The notes under the pieces are model-generated. The model made no database searches and had not been told where the DNA came from. It saw only the letters and a program-made list of their open reading frames with translations. From NCBI GenBank assembly GCA_040954595.2, contig CM082588.2:4776156-4840155 (forward strand): a DNA stretch of 64,000 nt, given 5' to 3'. Source of the stretch: Balanoglossus misakiensis (taxonomy: Eukaryota; Animalia; Hemichordata). This document shows, one piece after another, positions 25,849 to 38,951 of this stretch (position 1 is its first letter; each line of letters starts with the position of its first letter). The translations under genes and the position numbers were made by a program.

Positions 25849-28800
25849 ATGCCTGCCGATAAGCAACAAGGAGGGGGTAAACACGATCATGGATACGGTA
25901 ATCAACAAGGTGGTAGGAATCGCGATAGAAAACCACACATAAAAAATGAGTTCCATGATTTGAGCAGCAGCCAAGGTCATCAACAGCAACACGAAGAAGG
26001 GTCTGAATCCAAACTCGCCGAAAAGAAATTCACAGGTAGATGCCGTCTTTTCGTCGGCAACCTGACCAATGACACCTCAGAGGATGAGTTTAAGAAGATG
26101 TTCACGAAATATGGGGAAGTATCGGAAATTTATTTGAACAAAGACAGAGGATTCGGATTTATAAAAATGGTAAGTTGTCTTTTGTTTGATTATTTCAAAC
26201 ATACAGTCGCCATGTTGTTTTCGGGCGACATCATGGTTAAAAATAAACCGAAATTGTAACATTTCATTGTTTATATTGCGTCGAAACGAATACGATTATT
26301 ATTTAGGAATGATCATGTGTATGTTTTCATGAGTATATGATATTTTCTTCGACAGATATGTTCGATAAATCTGAAACCGTTTTCCATATGATAAGTAGCA
26401 CTAAAGTGACGTCACAAATTGCAGTACAAAAAAAAAGATTTGTATGCCAAAATAGAATCTTAAAATTCTTTTGTCTTGGAAAGATTGATATTGAGAAATG
26501 TAATGAAATCTTCATCTTGTCCATACTTATGTTGTTTCCTTCGCTGTTCCAATTTCATTAGTTCTGGTGCTGAATTCTTTTGTCCATTTCAGAAAGGAAC
26601 AAAGAGTTGTCAATTTCATCCTTCCATTACTGTTTATTTCTGTAGGATACAAAGATGAATGCTGAGCTTGCCAAGGCTGATCTCGATGGCAGTACTAGGA
26701 AAAACCGAGTGCTTCGTGTCAGGTTTGCCACACACGGAGCTGCCCTCAAAGTCAAGAACCTGTCCCCCGTTGTCTCCAATGAACTGTTAGAACAGGCTTT
26801 TTCTCAGTTTGGTGTGATTGAAAGGTGTGTGGTGGTCGTAGATGACCGTGGCAGGGCAACTGGTGAAGGCATTGTAGAGTTCTCTCGCAAACCAGGTGCA
26901 CAGAATGCTTTGAAAAGATGCAGAGATGGTGTCTTTTTGCTGAATAGGTTAGTATTGTATTAATTTTAGTCTTCAAGCTAGTAAACAGTTAACAAACTTA
27001 CAAAATGCGAAAGTAATTATGCTTTTGTGTCTCAAGACTTTTGTAAGTCATCCTGATCAATTTCTATTGTTAAACAGTGTAGAGTGTCATATGAATCTTT
27101 TTCAACTCTATTCATATTGTACAGCACCCCGAGACCGATATTAGTTGAACCTCTTGAACAGAGAGATGAAGAAGATGGACTGCCAGAGAAGAATGTACAG
27201 AAAAATGCAACCTATCACAAGTATGTACTTTTGTCACCTCCATGAACTGATATTCTTTTTGATATTGTTTACCATCGTTTTCAGATTACGCAATGCAGAC
27301 ACTGATTGGGCAAGAGATGGTTTATACTGTAATGCAGCATTTGTGCTTTTTCTTTTCCCCTGCAGAGAGAGGGAGGGTCAGCCGAGATTTGCTACCCCGG
27401 GCACATTTGAATTTGAATGGGGAAACCGGTGGAAGCAGCTGTATGAAATCGAGGAGGAGCAGATGGAGCAGCTGAAGAAACAACAGAGAGACGCCAGGGA
27501 GAAGTTGGAGGTTGACATGGAAAATGCACATCATGAACATCAAGCGATGCTTATGAGACAAGGTATGTGTTCGTCATCGACATATCATCAATGTTAAAGG
27601 TATACGGTCACCTATACAAATTTAGCCACAGTTACCATGGTAAATTGAGATCTAACCAATCACAGATTTTCAGTGGATGGCACATGCGAAAATAAAGTGT
27701 TCTTTAGAACACTCAAATACGCCATTTCAACTATATATGGCGATATGTAAATTGGAGGTGACCGTATACCTTTAAGGGTACAACTGAACATTTTTCGAGG
27801 TTATCGCTAAAAGCATCCAAACATGAACAGCCAATCGTATGTTGGATGACATTTTCATGTATAGGCCTGTTCACTTGTATCATTGTAATGTTACTTACAT
27901 TCTTACCCCATTAATGAAGAAATTAATATTTTTTCAGATCTTATGAGGCGACAAGAGGAGCTAAGGAGACTTGAGGAGGGTCGTAAAGATATGGAAAGGA
28001 GGTAAGCAAACAAAATTTTCTGAAGGGTATAGTTTTATTATCTAAACTAAGAGGAAGCTGTAGGATATCAAATGATAAACTTCAAATCCAGTGAAAGTTT
28101 TTTTTTTTACTGTTTATGTGTAAAAATTGATGGAATTATCATGTTTTTGTTTTGATAGGCGACAAGAAGAGCTGTCCATGAGACAAGAACAGCGTAGACG
28201 AGAGGAACAACAGAAACAGGAAGAGATGATGAGGAGACGCAATCAAGAGGTCCGCATGCAACAAGAGAGTTTGATGAGAAGGCGACCGGATGATCTTATG
28301 ATGCAAAGAGAACTGGCTGTGCGTCAAGATGACATGAAAAGACAGCAATTCCTTCAGGTATTCTAATCACAGATTGTTTATCTATTCCTTAGAAAAAACA
28401 CAAAGGTTTCACTTATATAGTTTCATTTATTGATGAAAGGTTTGATTCAGATATTTACCAACACATATGCACAAAAATGAAAAATAATATTGGCAGTATT
28501 GAAAAGTGGAAACATTTGTTACTGACCTAATAACTTGTCAGGCCAAGTTACAGGTTGTCAGTCTCCATCAAATTTATTCTTAATTTGGTTAAATGCAGAA
28601 TGATCTCTACATTTGTTCCTCAGGAACTTTTTTTTGCAAATTCAAAACTTGTGCATATTTTCGGGTTAACATTCATACGTCATCAGTGGTTAGCTATGTG
28701 GTGTTCTTAAAATGCCTGACATGGTTAAACTAAGGTTTCAGTAACATGTTTCTATTATTTTGCATGGTACAGGCAAGGAGTGGGGTTGCATTCAAGGTAA

Positions 28801-31800
28801 TTATTTTATCATCTTTACAACAAACCCCATGGTAGCTTTCTGTGAAATCTAGCGTGCTGGTGAATTTTTACGCTGATTTTTGAAATATGATTTAAAAAAT
28901 ATCGGAATGCAAGAATGTGAGAGAAAGTTTGAGAGGGACGAATTTCAGTGTGGTCTTTGACGTGTTTTGATCTAAAAGATGTTGAATGTGAACCAGTCAA
29001 GTCATTCCTGTCGTGTTTCAATTTATAGCAAGAAGGGATGCGCCTTGGTGGGAACAGCGGTGGAGGGGCCGGCCTTGCGAGTGGAAATGGTCCAGGAGGT
29101 GCAGATGCTTCCATGGGAGGACTGGTAATGTGCTCTTTTTCTTAGGCCTTCAATCCCCCTCTGTATAAGAGAAACATTCCCTTGTACTATATACCCCTTA
29201 AAAGCGTCCTCCAGCACTAGCATTGGAAACAGCAAACGCGAATGTGTCTTTATAAAGATCATAAAAGTGACCGTAAATTCAAGCAGTGTTCTCATTAAAG
29301 AAAATTATAAAACGTCGAGTTGGTGATAACTGCAAGTTCTTTTGGTAAAAACAGTGAGGTTCAGCTGTAATGGCAGCGCGAAAGTAAGCGATGAGACGTG
29401 GCTTTGCCTGTTTGCTAAGCAGATAACGGATGTCCAGAGTTGGATATATTGTAGACATCTCCATGTGGTGGATTTTGCAACTAACATTCTGCTTTGTAGA
29501 ACGCTGACTATATTGCGCGAAACTTATATGATGTATTGGAAATAAAGGCTGCTACTAAGTGATACTAGAGTGATATGTATCGACGTACAGTTAAAGTGAA
29601 AAATACTTTCACGGCCACTATTGTGGGAGCATTTATCGGCTGTTACGGGTAAAAATGTTATGTTCTATCCATTGTGAGACCATTTTCATTTATTTGAAAA
29701 TATGGTCTTCCAGGAGAGCAGTTTATTTATGGGTATTGTGATGCAGGACAAGAAGAACTTATGCAAGAACTTACAGTCAAAATATCTCTGTGAGATGTCT
29801 CCATAGGCAATCACATTATCAAGCACCTCAGGACCGAGAACGCATCCCATGATTTGTGATGTTTGAGGTCTGTTTGTACATAACTGAACACCGGCCTTCT
29901 ATGATGTGTGAGCCATTTCTTTTTGTGATCACATTCAATCATGCCCAAGTGAATAAGAGTACAAAAAATAAACTTTGTATTGCTGTACATTTGTACTCTT
30001 GCGCAATGCGTTGTGACTTTATGCTGTTTCAGTTGAACCTCACTGTCGTTTAATGAGAACGTTGGCTTGCCTGGCACACGTATGTGCATTTAAATTACTT
30101 GTGAATGTGACACTTGTCATTGAGTTGTGAAAAGACTACTGAGAATGACAGGTAGTCATTTAAAAATGCAGTCCAAAACAGGTGGAAAAAGTTGGTCTTT
30201 ATGCCAGCTTCGTTTTGCCATGAATATAAATATGAAACTCGTGCTCACTGAAAAAGTCATTAGTGAAAGTTTCACTTTAACTTTTCCAATCGATAATGGA
30301 ATATTTAAATTGTAAATATTATATGTGAAAGTGTGTGTGATGTTTGGGGATTGAAATTGGGATGGGTAATACAGGCAATTCTTTGGAGTTGAGTGGCAAT
30401 GAGGTATGCAACAAGGATGCATGTGGATGCGAGTCTGTACTCTCTCTCTGTGTAATGCATAAGTGGGCAGGTTTTTGCTTGACAGCTACCATACTTGTGG
30501 TGTAAACCCATCCTTTGTGGTAAAATTGGCCACTGTAGTTCTAGGTATGGAGATGAAAAATGTATTGTATGTTCATGTTTTGTTGAAAAATTCAGTCAAA
30601 CCAATGTCTCCATATAAAATAATTTGGAGAGACCTCTAGTGGGTGAGGAATTGGATGATTCAAGGTTGAACTGTTTGTTTCTTGTTTTGTGCACTAAATT
30701 TTAACCACAAATTCATGCAAAGTAATTAGTAAAAACTGCCACAGGTATATACCGGTAAATTTGATGTAACATTTTGGCAATGTTTGATTTCAATCATTTT
30801 GACTTCTCTCTGTTACTTTGTTGAGAGACACACTAAAAAATCCAACGTTTGGTTTTATCAGGCATTACGCTATCAATTTACTTAATTAAGGTAGTAACTT
30901 TGGATTTGTCGTATGTGGCCGCAATCTCAATGCAAGGTTGAATTGTCAAATTGTTGATGTTCTATCATACGAGGTATTGATCAGAGGATCAACTTATCAC
31001 ACATGTCTGCAGCACTTGAAACAATACTTCCTGTGTATCCAAAGTGGTTTAGACTGTCTACTAGACCATGATCACAAAACCTTTGGTACATGATGAACCT
31101 TGGGTTGGTGTCTCCTTGTAAATATATTTTCAGTGTGACATATGCTAATCTGTGGAGTCTATTGCCACAATCCTGATCCGTTACCACTATTAACTCATAG
31201 TACATTGTCAGGAACTATGTTGTGGTATATGACGTGCCTATCATTAATCGCATATCGCAAGAATGTATGAAAATCTTTCGGTTGTGAGCCTTCGGAATTC
31301 TTGTTCAAACGGAAAGTCATCGATGGTCCATAATCTGTGAACTTGTAGCAAAGACACCAAGCTTGTCACAGTCAAGTCAAGTGATACTTGCTCCCTGGTA
31401 CCTCACTGTCCTTTGTCAAGCGACAGATTGTGTAGTCATTTCGAAGTACTGCTTCGTTGCATGTTTGCATGTGCTGCATTGAGTTGTTTTTCAATGTCTT
31501 AGATCCTTGGTCAATATGACATATTACAGGTTTCCCCACTCATTTCAGCAGGGCCAATCTGTCACCCCTGGTATATCATGGTGTATCAGTTGTTTGATGG
31601 TTAGCAGATGCATTAGGGCTCAAAACTTGGGAGATAGTGTGGCCAAGTGTGTGACCAATACACTCTGAAATAAGAGCTGGCATAACATTCAGTACAGTGC
31701 TGATAAAATATTGCCTATTGTGTGACTTGAAAGGAGACACCATTCCAAGTGTTGTGCAAAGGTAGATTGTATGGTTAGGACTTGTATTGAGATTTGTGGC

Positions 31801-32633
31801 GTTTATGTTAAAATTACACGTAACCATGGTACCACGACTGCTCCATAACACTGACAGCATTGTACTTTGCAGTCTGGTTTTGACCAAGCAACTATTGACA
31901 GTGTGAAACCTTTTATGGGTTATTTGTAAATATGTGAGTGGAAACTGAGCTGCATGTGCAGAATACGTGAACGTTTGTGAGAAGACCACAATGGTGGATG
32001 CTATGATAAGTTTGCTGTTAAATGATAATGGGGTTGGGATGTGTTTTTGTCCTGTCTTGTCCATGTGTAATCATACAATACCTTGTGAATTGTTTGCCTA
32101 ATCATGACTTTGTTTATCCAACTCAAGGCGGAGGAGTCTGACTAATAACAAGTTGCAACCATTCTCTTCTCTCCCATACATGTACGTTTCCTGCTGCCGT
32201 TGCCTCCGGATGATTGAATACCGCATCATATAAAAAAACCTAATGGCTGTTCTACAAACACATGAACAATGCTTATTCCATAAACTGAACAATCTTTATG
32301 AATTGTGAACAATCAAACTATGAAACCATCTGAAATTATGTTCATCTGAACATTATCGTAATGATTGCATGATCGACGTACAACGATGAACTTGGACCCA
32401 TGATGTGTGTACCCATTATATAATAATAGCGCCAGTCTAGGTTTGATCAACCCCCACGACAAGGCCAAAATGCTCTGGGCGCCCGCCCAGGCGGCCCAAT
32501 GGGTGGTGTTGCAGGCAGGGGGACTGATGAGATGAGAGGACGAGGCGGTTTTGATCGTATGGATATGGATCGCAGAGGCCCGATGGAACGCGGCCGTGAC
32601 GACTTTACTCCCAAACGCATGCGTCGTTATTAA
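25849..32633 (+). CDS. NONO: DBHS-family RNA-binding protein (NONO/SFPQ/PSPC1, nonA homolog): 2 RRMs, NOPS domain, coiled coil, C-terminal NLS; ~500 aa
   Basis: Exons 25849-26169, 26646-26947, 27125-27220, 27366-27562, 27938-28001, 28159-28357, 28773-28796 (microexon), 29029-29124, 32430-32633 (1503 nt in frame). Motifs [92 protein letters not shown], and a PKRMRRY* end. The last-exon acceptor is weak, so that junction is less certain. Confidence 0.93.
27598..27771. mobile_element. Kolobok/T2-type MITE in DBHS intron 4
   Basis: TTAA|AGGTATACGGTCACCT ... AGGTGACCGTATACCT|TTAA: perfect 16-bp TIR, TTAA duplication, AGG terminus (Kolobok-like rather than the CC terminus of piggyBac). Confidence 0.85.
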
Positions 32634-33416
32634 AGTTAAACCCTCTCCTTGATCTTGTGCTGAAAAAAACCCCACAATGGTTCGAATATATTGTTATTTT
32701 AAATCTGAATAATATTCACATACGGACTTGTTCAGCTGCATGTTTTGTTCTTTGGAAGTTTTAGCCTCACAAGTGTATATATAACGTTGATGTTTTAAAA
32801 AATACAAATGGAACCTAAAAGAGATGCTAGAGAGTGCATTTAACGATGACGAGTTCAATTTCTGTTCTCTTTTTCAAGCCCAAAACTGCAAGATGGTTAA
32901 AAACTAATGAAACAAGTTTGTTTCAAGAGCATCATTACCATGCCCGCAGTATTTCAGTGTTGCATAATTTTTTTTTAAGTTTTCTAACTTTAGATCTAAT
33001 ATTTGCCCCAGTGCTTTTCTGAAACCTCGAAGTTTTACTGTCAAATGCAGCATGCAGAAGGTCAGATTATTTTAGGAAAGGTGGCCAAAAATAGTGTATA
33101 GGTAATATTTTCATGCTTATTTTGTTTTGCTGAAAACTGCATTTGTGACTCGTTTTGCATCTACAAAAAAAGGTTCAACTATATTTTTACGGGTGGGTGG
33201 GCTTTTCAGTCATTAGCTAGTAACCATGAAAAAAATGTTCTGTAAGAAAAAAAACATGACCATAATTTTATGACAAGTATCGTGAGTTTTCAAACTTCCA
33301 TAGCTGCTATCAAATGTTATTATGTATCAATTGTAGTTCTGCATTCTTGTGAAAACTATTTGAATCATGTTCATTGATATCGTATTCATATGTTTCCTGA
33401 ATCCTGATTATGTTGA

Positions 33417-33422
33417 AATAAA
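33417..33422 (+). terminator. Probable DBHS gene polyadenylation signal
   Basis: First AATAAA I see after the stop at 32633, closing a ~0.8 kb AT-rich 3' UTR. Confidence 0.5.
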
Positions 33423-36400
33423 ACAGTATTGGTTAGTTAAAATGTCAACTTTAGCTCTTGTAGATTCATATGTTAAGCCTCCCTTGTGTTGATCATCAAG
33501 CAAGGTATAACAGATCCTCAGAAAGATTAGTTACATTGTTGCAAATGAGATAGCTACATTGTATCTAACGACCAATCCTATATGCTGTAGTTAGTTCCAT
33601 TCTTGGAATGTGTTCAGTGAGGTAGCTCATTGCAGCCAAGACCAGTTCCACATGGTAAACTTGCAGCCCCTCAAAGGAAATGTTAATGATGTGCGATTGA
33701 GTACCCCAAGATTTGGCTATGTAGAACAAATTGCAAACTGGTCTCCCTGACAAATCTATATTCAATCCAGAAGTAGACTTTCCTGGACGAGTCGTTCATC
33801 CAACACCACATTTTTCTGTACCTTGGTTGGACACATTATTCATACAGAGAAATGATGTATACCTGATGACTTAGAAGCTCATTCATTGTTGAATGAGCAA
33901 CGAAAATTTGTCTTATTGAGATGGAGGGATGTACAAAGCTGTGATCAAGCTTGACAGTGCAGAAAAAGAAGCAGCTATCCTTATCCAGTGGGGATTACAG
34001 GCGTTTGTCCTTGTACGGTCCTCTAACTTCAAATATACTTGGCCATACTTCACAAGATGCCACCAGAATATAAGTGCAGTGGGAAAGCACATTGAGATTG
34101 TTATCTATGTCTGCAGAGAAACATGAAAATCTTGCGCATCCCAGGATTGACATCAGTATAAAATGGAGGCAGCAAATGTTCCAGAGGCATAATAAAACTG
34201 CAGATTTCACCTGACAATGCTCCCTTAAAGGCAACACCACCTGCCCTGTCTCTATGTCTGAACTGAGATGTTTCATCTGAAGAAAAATGACACAGACTGG
34301 TGTCTGTATCGTATTACATAGGAGAGACCACACCCATATGGTCAAGTAGGCAATGTGCGCACTCCATGTGTCATGCACTGATTTAAATACTGTACTGTAG
34401 TAAGATGATCAATATATAAGGTATGTACAGAATAAGTGTTATAGTAACCATGCATTTTACTTTTATTCTTTGTCCTTGAACCACTAGTGGTACTTTGAGC
34501 TATATGGACAGCAGTGGAAATGTGTTCGTTTTTGTAGATTCACCTATGTAATAAGAAAATGTTAAATCTACCATTCTTGACTTTGTTGATTGTGCAGGTT
34601 ACTGTGTGATGTGAAGCCACATGCACATGTATCTTTACGACTTTAGGTATTGTCACTCCCTAAAATGTGTTGTATAACCTGTATGAAAGACCTGTGATAT
34701 CAAAAGATGTGACTTTTATCCCTTCACCATAAACTCTGTTTTCTCAAATGTAGTGGAAATGCCATTAACTGATAAGTTCCCTGTATGGTGGGTAGGACAA
34801 GCAAACCGACTATATAATATGGGAAAGGGTACGTGACATGTTATAGAAAAGATCCACTTTATTCTCAAGTGCAATGCATGACGCTGGTTCCTAAATGTTG
34901 CCAAGGTGTCATGCAATGATTCAGACACAACTCTGTTTAACTTTGGATTAAGTGCCGCGGGTGTGAAATAATATATCAATTTTGCAAAGACTTGATAACT
35001 ATATACTGGTACTAAATAGATCGGGTGAGAACTTTGGCTGTTTCTGTTCAGACATTTCCTTTGAATAGTGATTTGCACATCCGTGTGCCATGATCAGTGA
35101 TATAATTCAACTAGGCCACCTGTTGGTGACTTCTGCATGTGTACAGAAAATACTTAACATTATATGGATTTTTGAGTGTTTCTGTGTCCAAGACCATCCA
35201 TGCCTTGCAAAATATAACAACTTGAGTTTGTATGCTCCAGAACTGGCATAAACGATTGCATTTATGGTTCAACTTCAATGTCCTGAATGTATTTCAAGGT
35301 ATCGATAGAAACTGATATGGGTGGTTCACGAAAAACGTATAGAAATTCTAAGTACGACGTCTGAACCTTTTGTGCATGCAGTATAATGTTTTTTGGCCCA
35401 GTTCAGTTTTGAAACCATCTGCTATATCTTCTGTAGCTTGATAATTCTTGTGAACAGTTATAAGAAGTAATTTTGTATCGAGAATCGGTGCTGAAAATTG
35501 AGGTAATATTTGGTGTACAACCACTGCTGTCCATATTCAGCTCCCATAGACAATGTGTAAACCAACTGGTGTTATGTTATAAATATAGAAACCACTTGTA
35601 TGATTTGATACTACATGGTATGATATTGCTGCCTGGCTATGTATCTACAGTTGGTCCGTAGTACTTGGAGTCGATCATCCACCAGCGTTGTTGAAACTCA
35701 TGACATACCTCTCTAGTACTTTTAACATTTCTCCAGCTCTCACGTATCTTGCATTTTATTCCGTGATCGATATAGCTGTCGTAATCGAAGCAGGCTTCCA
35801 TCACTAGAAGAACCCAACTGTAGCCTTGGAACACAACTCAAGTTGGAAAGACATAAAAATTTACCTTTGTCTCTGACTTTCAAACGTGACTTTAAAAAAC
35901 AGTGAACCACTATCACGCTTTTCTTTGTGTAATTAACATTTACAAGAAGCTGATAACAAGGTATGGGTAAGTGAAATGTCATTTTAATCAAGTTTAAGTT
36001 TGTGTCATTATAACCTTGAATTTCACAGGAATTTTAGACTGCCTTTTCACTCTGGCGACTTCAGTTGTAGCGTCATACTGCTTTGCCTTTTATGAAACGA
36101 AGTGAAATTAAGTGAAATCTCCATCTGATCTGCGTTTTGCTGTTGACCAGTTGTATTACAAGACGTAATAGAGCTGAGGAAAAAAGGAAATGATCTTTGC
36201 ATACTATGAGTATGATGATCATACTGTGTACTTTGCCCAGTGTGTTTCGTATACATCAGAGGCAAAATTGCGTGTGTGTTTTTTTCACTTGATAATAAAT
36301 ATTGATCATGGAAAGTAAAATGACATGACCACTCGGGGATGGCATAAGAGTTCTGCGTAGACATATATTATGTAGCTTTGAAATATAACGCAACAGAAAC

Positions 36401-38852
36401 GACTTGTACTCACACAGTGCAACAAATATGCAAAGTCTGCGAGGATCACTGTATTGACAATCCGTAGTATTATCATACGTCTGTCTTCATGTCAGTGTCA
36501 CATGCATCACAGCTGTCTCTTGAGGACTTGAGGCTGTTTATTGTAAAAATTTGAAATATAAATCTTGTTCTTAATCTTATGTGGAGGAGATCTATGCCCA
36601 ATCTGTTCTTCCGAAATCCAAATCCTTTGACTTATGTGTGTCAATCCTGATATTATTAAACCCATTCTGTATTTAGAACAACCCGTATGTACATGTATTT
36701 TCGACTCTTCTTCAAGTTGTGATGGACACGGTGAAACATCGGCTCATAACTGCACTTGAATTTCTCAGGTGTTCACAGGTTAATTCGATGCCACAGTGTT
36801 TCTTTGATATTGTGAGATACTGATATCTCACAGTATAATTTGTATAAACTTGCTCTGAAGCAGTCAGATGGAGACTTTCACAACACGCCAATATCTAAGT
36901 GTATATCAACTTGGTAACAAGTAAGTTTTGACACATACGATGCAGCTTCTCCCAGACATTTACCAATACAACTGTTAAGTGCATAGTTAACCGCTGTTTA
37001 TCAGGACTCCAATGTGTGGACTTTTCCTGTATATGATATTACCTGTACAAGCGTAATCTTACAGTACAGTGTCCTTTTAAAAGCAGGGATAGCCATCAAC
37101 TATCTTGTGTGATCATGATGCAGACTTTGTCTTTACTCTAAAGATGGCATATTTCATTAAATTTACACTGGATTGCATGATAAAGCAATCCTGCGCGAGT
37201 TTTGATACTTGTACTGTAAAAAGATGCCTTGAGAAGGAGTTTCAATACTAAACCTTTTGAAATAAGTCTACATGTTGGCTAACAGTGGCAAGCTTGTAGA
37301 TGTCCACTTTGCTATTATATCAGTAATGTTCCTAAATTTTACTGTGATGATGCTGGCTACTAAATGCAGATGTGATGACATAAAATATTTCGCAATGTAA
37401 TCCTCCGACTTTTAGAATCTTTTGCATGTTTTCTGTTAATTCATTGTGCTCAAAAAATATATTCAGAGAAATTGATAGAATTTTGCTTCTGTCGTACAAT
37501 TACTGAGACTGTTCGGACTTGCTTGTCAACTGAGGAAATGATGTGACATTACATGTATGTGCTACAAAGGATGATGAAATCCTACGCTGACCCAAAATGA
37601 GACTCCCGCAGCAATGTTGAGAATTTTTTATGCTGATGTTTGTCCTCTGAAAAGTTGAGGAGAGACTGAACAGCTTCTCATTTTGTCCATGGTTTCTTCT
37701 TTGTAGGTGCATGTTTCACACCAGCCATGGAGCAATCTCATTGTGACCTATGGTTGAAACGTGACACTCCGTGTTGGTTGCGTTGCCAGTGAACTGACTG
37801 ACCAGTAGAAGCCGACTTCAGGAGAAGGATGTCCAACTCCAGGTCAAAGTTTATATCTCACCAGGTATTGCACTGCGTTATTTCCGCTGTTTCAGAGATA
37901 GACTGACCTATGGGCTTGAAAACTGTTTTTACAAGTATTGAAGGTCATCCTATGTTTAGATGATGCAGTTGAATCTGTTGATAAGAAAATATCAAAAAAT
38001 TTAAAAGATATGCATATAAGTTAGTAACCCCTTGAAGAAATGTTGGTGTGTGTGTGGTTCAGTTGTGAACGCATGGCACATGAAATCTCTCGGGCTGAAA
38101 TTTGTGTTTTGAATCAGATGAATGAAGTTGAATACCTTGGCTATACACACACGTGAAGCATCAATATAAATATCTTCTCTAAGGTAGTGCATCTGTTCTG
38201 TTGTTTCAGAAAGTGATGTGTTCGAGACAGCAGATGTTTGTGCAGAGATATGGCAGAGGAAAGGTCCTGCAACATCCGTGAACCAAGAGACTGAATAACA
38301 ACTGAAGTACCAATCTGTGAAAAAGAGCTTGTCGTCACAGTCGGAATTAGTAATGGCCTCGATCGGTTAACAAACGACTGATCTTAGTCAATGAGAGATT
38401 TGACATTTCAAAGTTCACTTGTTCAGGACAATAGACCTGAATTGGTGTAGTAACATCTTGAGGATTGTCAAAACATCGTCCAGAGAAATGGAAAGTTGAC
38501 AAACGTGTTTTGAGTAATATCAAACTTTTCGTGTCAGCTTTTTAACCAGTTGTAACAGTATGGCATGGACAAGTATTTGTTGGCAAATAAAACTTTGAAG
38601 CAGCATTTTGCACTGTACATAACCTTCTTGCGTCTCTAGATAATGTGTAGCAAGTGGATTGTTTTGAAAAATAGGCGTTTACTCCAGGAAAAGGGCAGGT
38701 TTCCTGTATTTGGAATTTGAGGTCAAATTTCGTTATTTTTAACAACTGAATTCTGTTTTGATACATTCGGTTCAACTGGAAAACCTACAAATTATAGTAA
38801 GGTCCCACTTTGAATATGTAAATTGATGATGTTCGTCAAGTTTCCTGAAAGA

Positions 38853-38951
38853 GCATATGGTGGCGCACTTCTGTGTTGCCATGATGACTGGCTGAATTTG
38901 CATAGGTGACTGTAGAAAAGGGAATATCCAGTGGTCGCCACTTGGGGGCGC
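38853..38951 (+). promoter_or_regulatory. Two CTCF-like motifs at the CpG-poor/CpG-rich transition
   Basis: CCACTTGGGGGCGC (38938-38951) and GCATATGGTGGCGC (38853-38866), same orientation; both deviate from the CCASYAGRKGGCRC core at the conserved A. Confidence 0.35.

Noticed and set aside
27285-27365. In-frame upstream acceptor in DBHS intron 3 adding 27 aa
   Set aside because: Would interrupt the NOPS domain with hydrophobic polypyrimidine-tract-derived residues; no support without reads.
35403-35420. RWFQN-like homeobox fragment on the minus strand
   Set aside because: Followed at once by a stop and no upstream helix similarity.
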